DNA of 64,000 nt from Camelus dromedarius (lineage: Eukaryota): contig NC_087447.1 in the NCBI RefSeq assembly GCF_036321535.1, positions 34,412,001 to 34,476,000 on the forward strand, written 5' to 3'. The translations under genes were made by a program, and so were the position numbers. Below, in pieces: positions 37,839-48,990 of the stretch; the first letter of the stretch is position 1, and each line of letters begins with the position of its first letter. Under the pieces are notes generated by a model, which did not search any database, had not been told where the DNA came from, and saw nothing but the letters and a program-made list of their open reading frames with translations.

Positions 37839-39254
37839 CTCCCCTTCAAAACTGTCATAAAGATGCAGTCCCTGCCTCCCAGCCCTGCTCGGCGCTGAGG
37901 TGGCCATTTTGTACTAGATGCCCTGCTTCCCCAGCCAAAGTCGATTGAAGTGGGGATGGACATTTGGCTCAGGCTGGGCTGGTCAGTGTCAAAGACACTG
38001 GGAACTGTATGGTGAGGCCATGGGGCACAGGTGAGGGTAGTCATCTAGGCTCAGAGCTGGACCATGCAGAGAAAGGAAGCTGTGTGGAGATGGGCAGGGC
38101 AGACTGTGACAGCAGAAGAGACCAGGGGTCCTGACAACTCTCCCACTTCCATGGGGAAAGTCCTGCTCTTTGCTTCCAAAAGGTTCCTTGTATTCCTCTA
38201 ATATCCAGCCCCCTCCCCCTCGCCCTCGACCAGGCTTTTCCTAGAGAAGGCTGCTTTTCCTTGCAACCCAATCAACCCTAAGCCAAGAGCTCAGCTCTAG
38301 TGTCACCTCAGTAAGGGCTTTCTGACTCCACTGCATGGAGGGAGAGGACCCTAGTTGGGTGCTCTCAGCTCTGTGTCCTCACCGAGATTCACTGTCATCC
38401 TTAGGGATGTTTGCAGGCCATTCTCCTCCCAGACTGAGCTCCTCTAGCCATGGACCAAGCTCATTCTCTGTGTCCAGATTTCCCAGTTAATTACCCAATG
38501 AGGTCCAGTGCTGAGTACCACAATGGATAAACAGATAAATAAAGGATGGATGCCAATTAGCTCTGCCCTCAAGGAGCTTTCAGTCAGGGTGGGGAGCCCA
38601 CTCTCAGACACCACGGGAGCACCTGACGAGGCACACATCAGGGTGAGGGTGGGAGCAAGGAGAGGGCAGCTGTGAGCCCAGGGAGCTCTCAGGGAGGGCT
38701 GCTGGGGGAGGCAAGGGGAAGGAGAAACTGGAGATGTTGTACGTGGGTGACAGTGATTGCAGGAGCAGGCAGAGCTGGAAGCACTTCCAAGCAGGGCCCA
38801 TTGGTGTTGGGAGAGGCAGCACTTGGGGTATGTGGTGGAGATAAAATCGGACTTAAGCACAAGTCCCAAGGTGGGGGCTCTGGTGGGATGTGTCAGTGGG
38901 GCCCATCCTGGGGGCTTTGGTAGCTCATCCACTTAGCTGACATCCAACCAGGCACTGTGCCCAGTCCAGCTACACAGCAATGACAAATAGCAGAATTCAA
39001 AAGCTAGACTGGCGCCCTTAAGAGAACAAGACCGTATCTGCTGTTACAAGGACCAGGAAACAGTCCTCACATAATCACAGTATTTGTGGAGCACTTTACA
39101 GTTTATAAAGTGCTTTCTCACATATTAATGATTACAAAGTCGTGTGGCATAGAAGAAAAGGGGTGATGATTGCCGCAGAAAGGCTGAGGGAAGGTCATGC
39201 ATCCACCAGGTAGCTCAGGATCACGCCTGAGCCTGTGTTCTCATCACCGAACGA

Positions 39255-39500
39255 CAACAACAGCTAGTGTTTAGTGAACACCTACTGTGTGCCAGCGGCT
39301 GTTGTACGTGCTTTTAATGTATTAACCATTTTAACCTTCAGAACAACCCTGTCAAATAGATTCTATTGTTACCCCCATTTTGCAGGTGTGGAAACTGAGG
39401 CTCAAAGAGGCTAAGTAATTTGCTCGAGTCACATCTGCTCAGCAGAAGAGATAAGATGTAAATCCAGTTATTCCGGCTCCAGAGTCAAAGTCTGCTCTCA
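39255..39500 (-). mobile_element. MIR SINE
   Basis: cccattttgcaggtgtggaaactgaggctcaaagagg. Confidence 0.85.
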
Positions 39501-39669
39501 GCTGCAACGCTATGCTGTAGATATGACAGTGGTCCTACCTCCAAGGTTTGGGCAGACCAAGAACAGTCATATCCACGTAACTGGTTAGAGGTTGGAGGTA
39601 AATATTGCCCATTGCTAGTCTTTCGTGCGACACTCATGGTATTTGCGCGTCTGGTTGCTCTAGCAGATA

Positions 39670-40092
39670 CTGTTGACACACTGGCATCATCGCTGGCATG
39701 GCCTCAAGGTCACCCGCAGACAGCAGCAGTGCCCCTCTGCATGGAGCCATCCCCTCTCTGAGAGAGACGCTTGGCCATCAAATAGGGCAGGCCAGAAGTG
39801 CTGGGGGGTGACACCCCGGGAGCACCCCTCAACCAATGAGGCCTGTGAGTTGACGAATCAACACCTCATCAGTGGGACAATTCTGAGGTGTGTTCCACAC
39901 CGTCCCTCAGAGGGCCCCCTGCTGGACTGAGCCCCAGCCTCCCACAACAGTTACCCACCCACAAGGCCCCTTTTACTGACCTCCTGCTCTCTCTGCCTCA
40001 CCCCTACTCCTTCATAACACTTCCTGGAATCATTTCCCAAATAAATGACTTGCATCCCTCAGGGTCAGTTTTGGAGGACCCAAACTAAGACA
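39670..40092 (+). mobile_element. LTR16-like ERVL solo LTR
   Basis: cccctcaaccaatgagg; gggacaattctgaggtgtgttcc; cccaaataaatgacttgca; gacccaaactaagaca end. Confidence 0.85.
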
Positions 40093-41244
40093 GGGGAGCA
40101 AGTCAGTTTAGAGAGCAAGGAAAAGAAGCACTATTACCTACTGAGGCTTGAAATTTTCCTGGACACATGTTACTGGGCAGAGGAGGGGCATGCATAAGAG
40201 GAGTAGAAAGCCCCAGGAGCTAGGGAAAAGGACCAGGTCCCCTTCATGCTGGCTCTCAAACAGGGTAGCCCCCAGGCCTACGTTTCACCTGATACTCCAA
40301 AAAGATGGGCCATCAGGAGATTTTTGGCAAGAGCCCTCCTGCCTCTGACGTAGATTACAGGGGCATTCTGTGAAACCCTGGGATGTGAGCATAAAATAAA
40401 CACAAATAAGCTCCCCATGTCTAAATAAACTGAGGTACAATTTATGAAGTCTTTTTTTTTCTCCCCACCCTCCCACACTCCTCTCCCTCAAAGGCTGTGC
40501 TTGTTTGCTTATGTACTCAATCCCAAACCTTTTGCACCTTGAGAGGACCCCTTTGTGTCTGGGATGAAGTGGAGCATTTCTGCCCCATAGTCCCGATTTT
40601 CCAAATGAATTTCCAAACACAGAAAAGCCCAGATTATGGACAATGAGGCAGCATCGTGGTTTGGGCCAACAGATGAAATGAACAGGAGGCAAGAAAGAAA
40701 ACACAGGAAAGGATGAATTTTCAGCAGGTTCCTCCAGCCAAATAGTTTGTAATTTCATTGGAAAAGATCCTCAGGAGGAAAGAGACCAAAGAACATGGTG
40801 GGAAAAAAGCAAATTACTAGCTTAGCCGTGTGGCTTCTTCCCTTAACAAGTTGGTCATGAAGGACGAGGGACAGGACATGTGGGAAAGGGCTGAGCACGG
40901 TGGGAAAGAGGGCTTTGTCATCTCAAAATGAGGACGGCCCGAGTCACAGCCCTTGGGCCAAGTCCAAAAGATTCTCTAACCACTTCATTCATCACTGAAG
41001 CTGCAGAAACGCTGACAACAGAGGGCATCTGGCTAGAGTTGCCCAGGAGGGTCCACATGGGGAGAAGCTTTCAGAGAACAGAGTTAGAATGAAAAGTCAA
41101 CCTAAGAATTAAAAAAAAAAAATCTGGGTCAATGAAAGAATACATTATTCAGAGCCGATCAAAGAAAAACCACTGGTGATATTTGCACTGTGATGTACCT
41201 AGTTCTATAACAGTTCAAGTCTTTCCAATAAGAGGCAGGATTAT

Positions 41245-41480
41245 CTAGTTGTCAAAAGCTGGGCTGTGGAGCCCAACTGCCTGGGAAAAAATCCACAGCT
41301 ATGCTGTTGATGGGCTGGGTGACCTTAGGCAAATTACATAACCTCTCTGAGCCTTTCCACATCTGCAAATCAGGGCTGAGGATAATTACTGTACTTACTT
41401 CAGGGAGTTGTCTGTGAGGGTGAAATGAGTAAATGCATCTAAAGCACTTAGAAAAGTGTCTGGCATATAATAAGCACATG
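41245..41480 (+). mobile_element. MIR SINE
   Basis: gggtgaccttaggcaaattacataacctctctgagcc; aaagcacttagaaaagtgtctggcatataataagcac. Confidence 0.85.
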
Positions 41481-42488
41481 TTACTTCTAATCACTACACA
41501 ACTTCCAAAGACAAGAGATCCTCGGCGCGTCAAAAGTCTCACAAGTGCAACAGAATAAAAGTTAAAAAGGCAAAGCAGCAGGAAAGCAGGTTCAGACAAG
41601 GGGTGAATGCCCCGAAGCTAGGAGACTGTGGTGCCTGGCACAAAGCTGTGGATGCCCTTACCTGGGCACAGCCCCGACGGAGCCCAGACGGCTGGTCACT
41701 GCGTATGCCTCACTTGCTGGGGGAACTCTGAGGTCGCGGCATGCCCAAGTTCTCCTCCCAGTGGTAGAAAGACCCTGTTAGACTGTGGATCAGAGGCGTG
41801 GCCGAGACCCGGGCTCTGTCCTCGCAGGGGAAATGGCGCCACCCCCACTCCTTGCCCTGGAAAGCAGCCCTGCCATCCAGCTGTGCCTGTCCTGCCATGG
41901 CTGGTGGCTGGGGCCTGGCCCCCCGGGGCAGCGGAGGGGCACGTCACAGGCAGGGTTCACCACGGGAGGCCGGCAGCTCTGCGGTCTGTATGCAGGGCAG
42001 CCCGTCTCAGACCCACTTGCTTTGACAGCAGAACCGGATCGCTGTCTTTCGCTTGGAATAAAGATCTGGGGCTTTTCTCTGCAGAGATGTCTTCAGGGGT
42101 GAGACCCGGCCATCACCACCCCTCCACTCTTCTCAGACAAACACATGGACCCCCACACGCTGTTCTGTGCGAACATTCTGCTTGCACCCCAGAACCCCAA
42201 CTTTTCCATTTAGGCAGCTTGGGGATGAAGCTGGAATTAAAGCAAAGACAAAAAGGCCACTATGAGTAATTATTTCTCAAGTAACAAGCAACTAATTGGG
42301 ACGTACTGTTATTATATACCTACACTGCAGGCAGTAATTAAACCGCAGCTAATGAGGATTCCAGCACCAGGATCTACGGCAGCCACACAACAATGCCCCT
42401 CGTCCAGGCGGAGGGGCCGTCACTGGAGGAAATAAATGTTTTCTTCATTGTCCTCCTAGAGGTAGTAGTCAGGTTGGAGGTTTCTGCC

Positions 42489-42524
42489 CCGGGGAAGCCA
42501 GTGTGGCCGGGGAAGCCAGTGTGG
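42489..42524. repeat. Perfect 18-bp tandem duplication CCGGGGAAGCCAGTGTGG x2
   Basis: Direct read. Confidence 0.95.
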
Positions 42525-42689
42525 CCGGGCAGTGGGGCAAGACAAGGCACAAGTGCGAGAAGCCCAGGAGCACGGGGAGGTTTCTAGATGGGCTGCCATC
42601 CCCCTCAGGAAGGTGACATCATGCCTGTGGGAAATGGCTGCAGGATGCTATCAAGTCAGCGGGGAAAGAGCTGAATCGACTCTTTTGTA

Positions 42690-42900
42690 AACAGATTTAT
42701 TGAGAACCTTCTAGCGCACCAGAGCTCTCGGAGATTCACTTATACATGTTATTTCATTATTCCTCCTAACAGCCTTGGGAAGGGGAGGAGGTGCCATGAG
42801 GAACTGCTTTATAGATGAGGGCCACTTGGCTCAGAGAGGCCAAGTCACCTGTGGGAACTCACCTGGCTGCTGCACAGAGTGAAGCCAGGGTTGGAAACCA
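42690..42900 (-). mobile_element. MIR SINE
   Basis: atttattgagaacc; tttatagatgagggccacttggctcagagagg. Confidence 0.75.
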
Positions 42901-42959
42901 GAAGGAAGGGGGGACTTTGGGTGCTGTTCCTGCAGGCAACAGGGCGATGAGTGAGGAGG

Positions 42960-43180
42960 TATGGAATCTGGGGACAGCTGGGTGTGGCCACTTGCTAACT
43001 GCCCGGTGAACTCCTCAAGGTACCAAAACATCCCATGCCTCAGTTTCTGCATCTGTAGAGTGGGGCTAATCATGCCTATCTAGTGGGTCTGCTGTAAGGA
43101 CTACACGCTGTGACACACTGCATATAAAGTATTCAGCATGGTGCTTAGTGCACGGTAAATGCCCAATAAGTGTCAGTTAT
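42960..43180 (+). mobile_element. MIR SINE
   Basis: gcctcagtttctgcatctgtagagtggggctaat; gtaaatgcccaataagtgtcagttat. Confidence 0.8.
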
Positions 43181-43869
43181 TTTTAAAGATGTTGTTTAGA
43201 TGCTCTCGAAGCAGCACTGAGTATTGGAAGAAACTCACTGTCTGAGCACAGCAGGGCTTCTGCAATAGTAGAAGCCATGGAAGTCTCAGCAGAGTGTCTG
43301 TCGGCCTGTGTCCCCTGGGAAGGGGGCAAACCAACCCAGCGGGCTGGCTCTGCTCTGAGGCCACTGCCCTGGTGTCCAGGGCAGCGGGAAGCTGGCCAAG
43401 CTCCCAGACAGCCTGTCTCGGGCCTGGAGTACAGAGCCGTTGCCTCACCAGCTTGTAATGAGCTGCGTCTCCATCCTGATTAGGGGAACAATCCTCACTC
43501 AGAAAGACTCAGGGGAAGGAAGTGACAGCGTCGCGGGGACAGGGCATAACCTCGCCTCTCAAGGAGGGGCTGGCTCCTGGGGAGCTGGTGACTTGGAGGT
43601 CACAGCCCAAGATGGTGCCCATCCCCCTGGAGAAGGCTGAGCAGACCCCAGCGGGGCAAGTCTGGGTCAGAGGAGGAGACGAGTTGGGGCCAGCCTGGGC
43701 CTCTGTCTGCAAGTCTGGGAGGCAGCTGCTCACGGGCTCTGGTTTGCCAAGAGGGGCAAGCAAGGAAACCAACATTTTCTGGGCACCTTCTGGGCACCAG
43801 GCTGGATGCCAGCCCCATGACATCATCACTGTCATCAACATTGTCCTATTAAACCGAATGTTAGGGCAC

Positions 43870-44070
43870 CCTCTTTTCCAAAACTGTGGATTGCGGCCCA
43901 TTACTGGGTTATGAAAACAGTTAGTGGGTGACAAATAGCATTTTTTAAATAACATGAGAAAAAAATACAGAAAATTTCAGAGGGCACTGCGCAGGGCAAG
44001 GATTTGTAGCATGTTGTGGGAGTTTCACTTCTTGAATGTGTCTGTGAATATTTGGGAGCCGGGTTGTAAG
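43870..44070. mobile_element. Probable hAT-Charlie fragment
   Basis: ttccaaaactgtggattgcggcccattactgggttatgaaa resembles Charlie-family termini. Confidence 0.45.
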
Positions 44071-44146
44071 GGGGATGGAAATTGTGCTCATTTCTTAAAG
44101 TTGTTGTAGGGATTGAATGAGTTAATGTTTTAAATGTTTAATGCAG

Positions 44147-44550
44147 TGTAGCAGAGGCTGCCAGCACCCACCCAAGTCCCCTTGGAGAGAATTCAGGCTC
44201 GCTGTACGTTGTACCTCCCTTCCAGAGTCTCTCTCTCTCTCTCTCTTTCTGGCCATGGGTATATGCTTAGTTCAAGCGCAGGGCAGGTAAAAGCACAGTC
44301 AATTAATGTCCCAGGAGCGACCCTCAGCCTAGGAGGACTGGGGGATGGATAAACACCACAGCCTCCTCACCCACCCAGGGCAACGATTCTGAGGCATGTC
44401 TTTCATGGTCTCCCAAAAGGTGCCCAGTGAGACTGAGCCCCAGATACCCACAGAGCAACTCCCTTCCTTATCTCCCTTCCTCTCTCTCACTCTGCTTCCT
44501 GGGATCCCCCCCACCCCAAGTAAATTATTTGCACCTGTATCCTTGTCATG
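44147..44550 (+). mobile_element. LTR16-like ERVL solo LTR
   Basis: tgtagcagaggctg start; caacgattctgaggcatgt; gactgagccccagataccc; cccaagtaaattatttgcac. Confidence 0.8.
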
Positions 44551-44649
44551 GTGCCTAATCTTATTTTTTGCATGAGTTCAACTTAAGTGGATTCTGGCAC
44601 AAAGGAAGTGCTTCATGTATGAATCACTTTCATCTGGAGATGGGATCTG

Positions 44650-45010
44650 TACAAATACTTTATATGTATCACCTCATGTAATCTTCACCCCAACCCTATA
44701 GGATAGGAACAGTGATTGTCCCCATTTTCCAGATAAGTAAACTGAAGCTTTGGAAAGTTCAGCACCTTGTTCAAGGTCACATAGGTAGAAAGGAGAGTGC
44801 TTCATCCTGAACCCATGTGTGTGTCCAAAGTCCCTGTCCTCCACCTTGATACTCCATTTAATCTACATGACCTCCCTGCCAGCCAGCTACTGTTGTTACA
44901 CCCATTTTACAGATGTGAAGATGGAAAGTTTGGGGAGGTAAAGTACTCGATTCCCACACTATTCACTGCCAGGCTGGGACCAGAACCCAGCATTCCAAAT
45001 CCTGGTCCTG
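44650..45010 (-). mobile_element. Two MIR SINE copies
   Basis: ccccattttccagataagtaaactgaagc; cccattttacagatgtgaag. Confidence 0.8.
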
Positions 45011-45513
45011 TGCTTCCTAGGACATTAGGCTGCTCCCAGCACCCTGGAAAGGGCAAGCATGGGAGAAATCCCTTCCCTTAAAAAAAAAAAAAAAATCCCT
45101 GTGGTGGAAACTGGGTACCAGAGTGAGGTAGGATGTGGGTGAAAAGAAGAGATAATCCCAGCAGGCTTACTGGAACTTCCAGATGGGAGTCTGTTTTAAT
45201 GCTTGTGCCTCAACTTCCCAGCCTGTTAAAGGGGACTGATGAGCTGATATTAAATCCCTCTACTTACTGCTGGCTTTAACTTTGAACTTCCTATCCTTAT
45301 CTCCAGCAGCCCCATCATTTCCACCAAAGCACCAGGAGTCGTACACACCTGAGGTCCAAGCTCCATCTGCATCAAGCTCACTGTTCTTATTTACTCCCCA
45401 CCTGCTGCGTGCCTGGCATAGTGCTGACTTGTCACTGCCTTGACTTCCTCATCTGGTAAATTGGGATAATCTCAGTATCCACTTTATAGGTTGTTATGAA
45501 GATTAAATGAGCT

Positions 45514-46659
45514 AATTGTGCAAACCACCAATTGTGCTGACCAAGGACTCATATCTAGCATTATATAAAGGACACTCAAAACTCCACATTATATAGCACA
45601 GGAAACTAATACCTTGTTATAGCCTATAATGAAAAAGAAAATGAAAAGAAATATATATATATGTATCTATAACTGAATCACTATGCAGTACACCAGAAAT
45701 TAACACAACATTGTAAACTGAATATACTGCAATAAAAAAATGAAAACTTCACATTAAAAAAAACCCCAAGCAATTCAATTAGAAAATGAACAAGTGATAT
45801 GGAGAACCATTTAACCAAAAAGGCTATACACATGGCAAATAAGAAAAGGTGCTCAACATCACTACCTACCAGGGAAATGCAAGTCAGACCATGGTGAGAT
45901 GTCACAACATACTTATTAGAAGAGCTAAGATTTAAAAAAAATAGCGACAACATGAAATTCTGGCAAAGATGAGGAGAAACTGAATTGCTCACACATTGCT
46001 CGTGGGAATGTAAAATGGTACAGCTACTCCGGGAAATCGTTGATTCTTTAAAAATCAAACGTACACTTGCCATAGAACCCAACCATTACACTCCTGGGTA
46101 TTTATTTTAGAGAAATGAAGATTTAGGTTCACATAAAAACCTACACATGAATGCTTACAGCAGCTTTATTTGTAATAGCCCCAAATCAGAAACAACCCAG
46201 ACATCCTTCAGCGCTTAAACCACAGCACCACCACACCACAGAACATTACTCAGCAACACAAAGGGATGAACTGTTGATACACACAACAACTTGGATGTAT
46301 TACACTGTGAAAAAAGTCAATCTTAGGAGGTCACACACTGTCATTCCATTCAGACAACATTGTTGAAATGACACAAGCATGCAGACAGAAAGCATACTGA
46401 TGGTCAATGGGAGTTAAGCATAGTGGAAGGTGGAAGGTGGGTGTCTTGACTGTGGTGGTGGTTACACAAATCCACACAAGTGGACCCAGGACTGTGCTCA
46501 CACGTCATCATGCCACAGTCAGCTTCCTGGTTTTGACACTACTATAATCACGTAAGATTTAACTACTGGAGAAAACTGGGCGGAGGGTACAAGGCATCTC
46601 GTCGTACTACTTTGCAACTTCCTACAAATCTAGAATTATTTCCAAATTTTAAAAAAGTT
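45514..46659 (+). mobile_element. Old L1 (L1M-type) ORF2 end plus 3' UTR inserted in a MIR
   Basis: gtgggaatgtaaaatggtacagctactc; cagcagctttatttgtaatagccccaaa; flanked by TTAAATGAGCT at 45503-45513 and 46660-46670 with MIR sequence on both sides. Confidence 0.85.
45592..45742 (+). mobile_element. Younger artiodactyl-type L1 3' end nested in the older L1
   Basis: tataactgaatcactatgcagtacaccagaaattaacacaacattgtaaa; TSD AAAACT(C/T)CACATTA at 45578-45591 and 45743-45756 (13/14). Confidence 0.9.
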
Positions 46660-46949
46660 TTAAATGAGCTTGTAAAGAGTTTAGCTCAGTAACTAACTTA
46701 ATCACTATTAGCTCTCATTAGTATAATTATTTCATTTTCATTATTACTTCATACAAGTCATATCATTTAATGCTCACAATAAGCTTGTGGGAAAAAAGGG
46801 TTTTTACCCCCATTTTACAGACTGGAATGCTAAGACTTAGATACATTAGATAATTTGTCTAAGTTTACATATACAGAAAGACCTAGGAGTTGAAGCTCAG
46901 TCCATGGCCTTCCCATATACATGGGAGTATGAAGACCAGTATGATAAAA

Positions 46950-47200
46950 ATCTTTGCCCTCATTGAACTTACAACATAGCAACGGAAATAAGAGATATAA
47001 CTCAAACTCAAGCAGAGTACCATACATGCTGTGTAAGTTCCAAGGAAGGACCAAGAGAGGGAGAAGTAAAAATTCTAACTGAGGAGATTTAGGAAGGCTT
47101 CCTGGAAGAGGTGGCATTTGGGATTGTTTTGAAGAATGAGTAGGAGCCATAGGTATGGAAGGGGATAGTGGTACAGGAGAAACAACCCTGGACTCTCACT
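46950..47200 (-). mobile_element. L2 LINE fragment
   Basis: tttgccctcattgaacttaca; aggaaggcttcctggaagaggtggcatttg. Confidence 0.75.
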
Positions 47201-47243
47201 GGAGGAGGCAGTAGCATCAGGATGACTTATCTTAAAAAATGTG

Positions 47244-47727
47244 TTGATGCAGCCACTGTGGAAAACAGTATGGAGATTCCTCAAAAAGCTAACAATGGGA
47301 CTACCATATGACCTAGCAATTCCACTCCTGAGTATACATCTGAAGAAAATGGAAGCATCAATTTGAAAAGATACATGCACCTCAAGGTTCATAGCAGCAT
47401 TATTTACAATAGCTAAGATATGGAAGCAACCTAAGTGTCCATCAACAGATGAATGCATAAAGTGGATGTGGTGTATATATGATGAAATACTACTCAGTCA
47501 TAAAAAAGAATGAAGCTTTGCCATTTGCAGCAACATGGATGGACTTGGAGGGTATTATGCTAAGTGAAATAAGCCAGACAAAGACAAATACTGTATGATA
47601 CCACTTATACGTGGAATCTAAAAAATACAACAAACTATTGAATATAACAAAAAAAAAACCAGACTTATACATATAGGGAATAGATTAGTGGTAACTTACA
47701 TAATATTGTCCATCAACTATACTTCAA
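47244..47727 (+). mobile_element. 5'-truncated L1: degenerate ORF2 C-terminus plus internally deleted 3' UTR
   Basis: Translates from 47247 as MQPLWKTVWRFLKKLTMGLPYDLAIPLLSIHLKKMEASI*KDTCTSRFIAALFTIAKIWKQPKCPSTDEC (L1 ORF2p C-terminus); flanked by CTTAAAAAATGTG at 47231-47243 and 47728-47740. Confidence 0.95.
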
Positions 47728-47744
47728 CTTAAAAAATGTGGAGG

Positions 47745-48282
47745 TAAAGCCTCATTCTTAATGAGCAGGGCACTGCTGATCACAGTGTTCAAAAAATTGT
47801 CACTGGGGCTAAACTGAGACAGGTTATGCTCACATCACAGCAAATTTATTGCAGTGGTGACAATGAGACCAGTAACATTTTTCCACTAAGGTTATGAGTA
47901 AACATTGGATGTACCACAGCCGCAATCTGGGGAATGTATTAAGGAATAATATAGTTCAGGTCATTAGCCAAAATAGCAACGTACTTCTTGCAATTTTACT
48001 TTAAGGGGACTAAACTAAATTATTTGAGAAAGTAGATCCCAAAGATTCTAAGTGGGATACTTTTTGAAGTATGTTGTCGGTAGCAAGTGGAGATAACAGA
48101 AACCCAACTAAGAAGATAGCAAGAAGGCTGACAGAACAACTGTGGGTTAAGCATGGGATCTTTTGCAAAGGCCTATCTTGAAGATAAGTCTTGACTCAAG
48201 CTTTGGAGGAATGAAGGTGACTTTGATGGGCAGTGCAATGAATCAGAACAAGTCAAATTCCTAAAGTTAAAATGTATTGACT
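47745..48282 (+). other. Unidentified retroposed insert (candidate endogenous viral element or orphan retrocopy)
   Basis: Non-repeat A-rich segment between direct repeats AAAAAATGTGGAGG (47731-47744) and AAAAAACGTGGAGG (48283-48296). Confidence 0.6.
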
Positions 48283-48789
48283 AAAAAACGTGGAGGCGGT
48301 ACCCGGTTGTCTGTGGGTCTTTGCAGCCAGGGTTGTTGCTCAGATAACCTCCTCACCACTCCATGTCCAGTTTGGTTTGCCTTAACCAGACCGTCCCCTC
48401 CCCGGGGCCTGGCTCAGTTGATGCTTTTGGAAAAGGGATTTTGAGCTGTAAAGGACTGCTATTCCAGATGGATGCTCGGGCTTCAGAAGGAAGAACTGGA
48501 TTCAAAGGAGCAGCTAAGAGGGATCCCCGAATCCTCTGGGACAATCACTTTCAACTGGGGTTTGGGGAGCCTACGGTTTCCACAAAGGTGTCCTGGGTGG
48601 GCTAGGAAACCACCCTGCAGAAAGGCGGATGTCTAGGGCCTGGGCTCAAGGTCTCCACTGCGTCAACCAGAAGAGCTCAGTGTCACCTTCCTTACACACT
48701 GACATTCCCAGTATGTTGGAAAAAATATCGTTTCAGGTTAAAAACCCACAAAGCTAGTCCATCATCATCATCTCATCATATTTAACAGT

Positions 48790-48990
48790 AGCTGATTTTG
48801 AGTGATTTGCACGTGGCAACGTGCTTTACATGCCTTGTCTCATTTATCCTCACCGCAACTCTAAACAGTAGATACCACTGTTATCCCATTTACACAGGAG
48901 AAAACTTGGGCCCAGAGGTTAAGTAATTTGACCATCACACACACGTGGTACGTGATAGAGCCCGGCTTTGAACCCATGCAACTGGCTCCT
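48790..48990 (-). mobile_element. MIR SINE
   Basis: tatcccatttacacaggagaaaacttgggcccagaggttaagtaattt; ggctttgaaccca. Confidence 0.8.

Noticed and set aside
41628..42269. 213-aa ORF on +
   Set aside because: GC-rich region open in several frames on both strands, with no recognisable protein.
47075..47672. Minus-strand ORFs of 127 and 60 aa
   Set aside because: Antisense translations of the L1 ORF2 end and 3' UTR.
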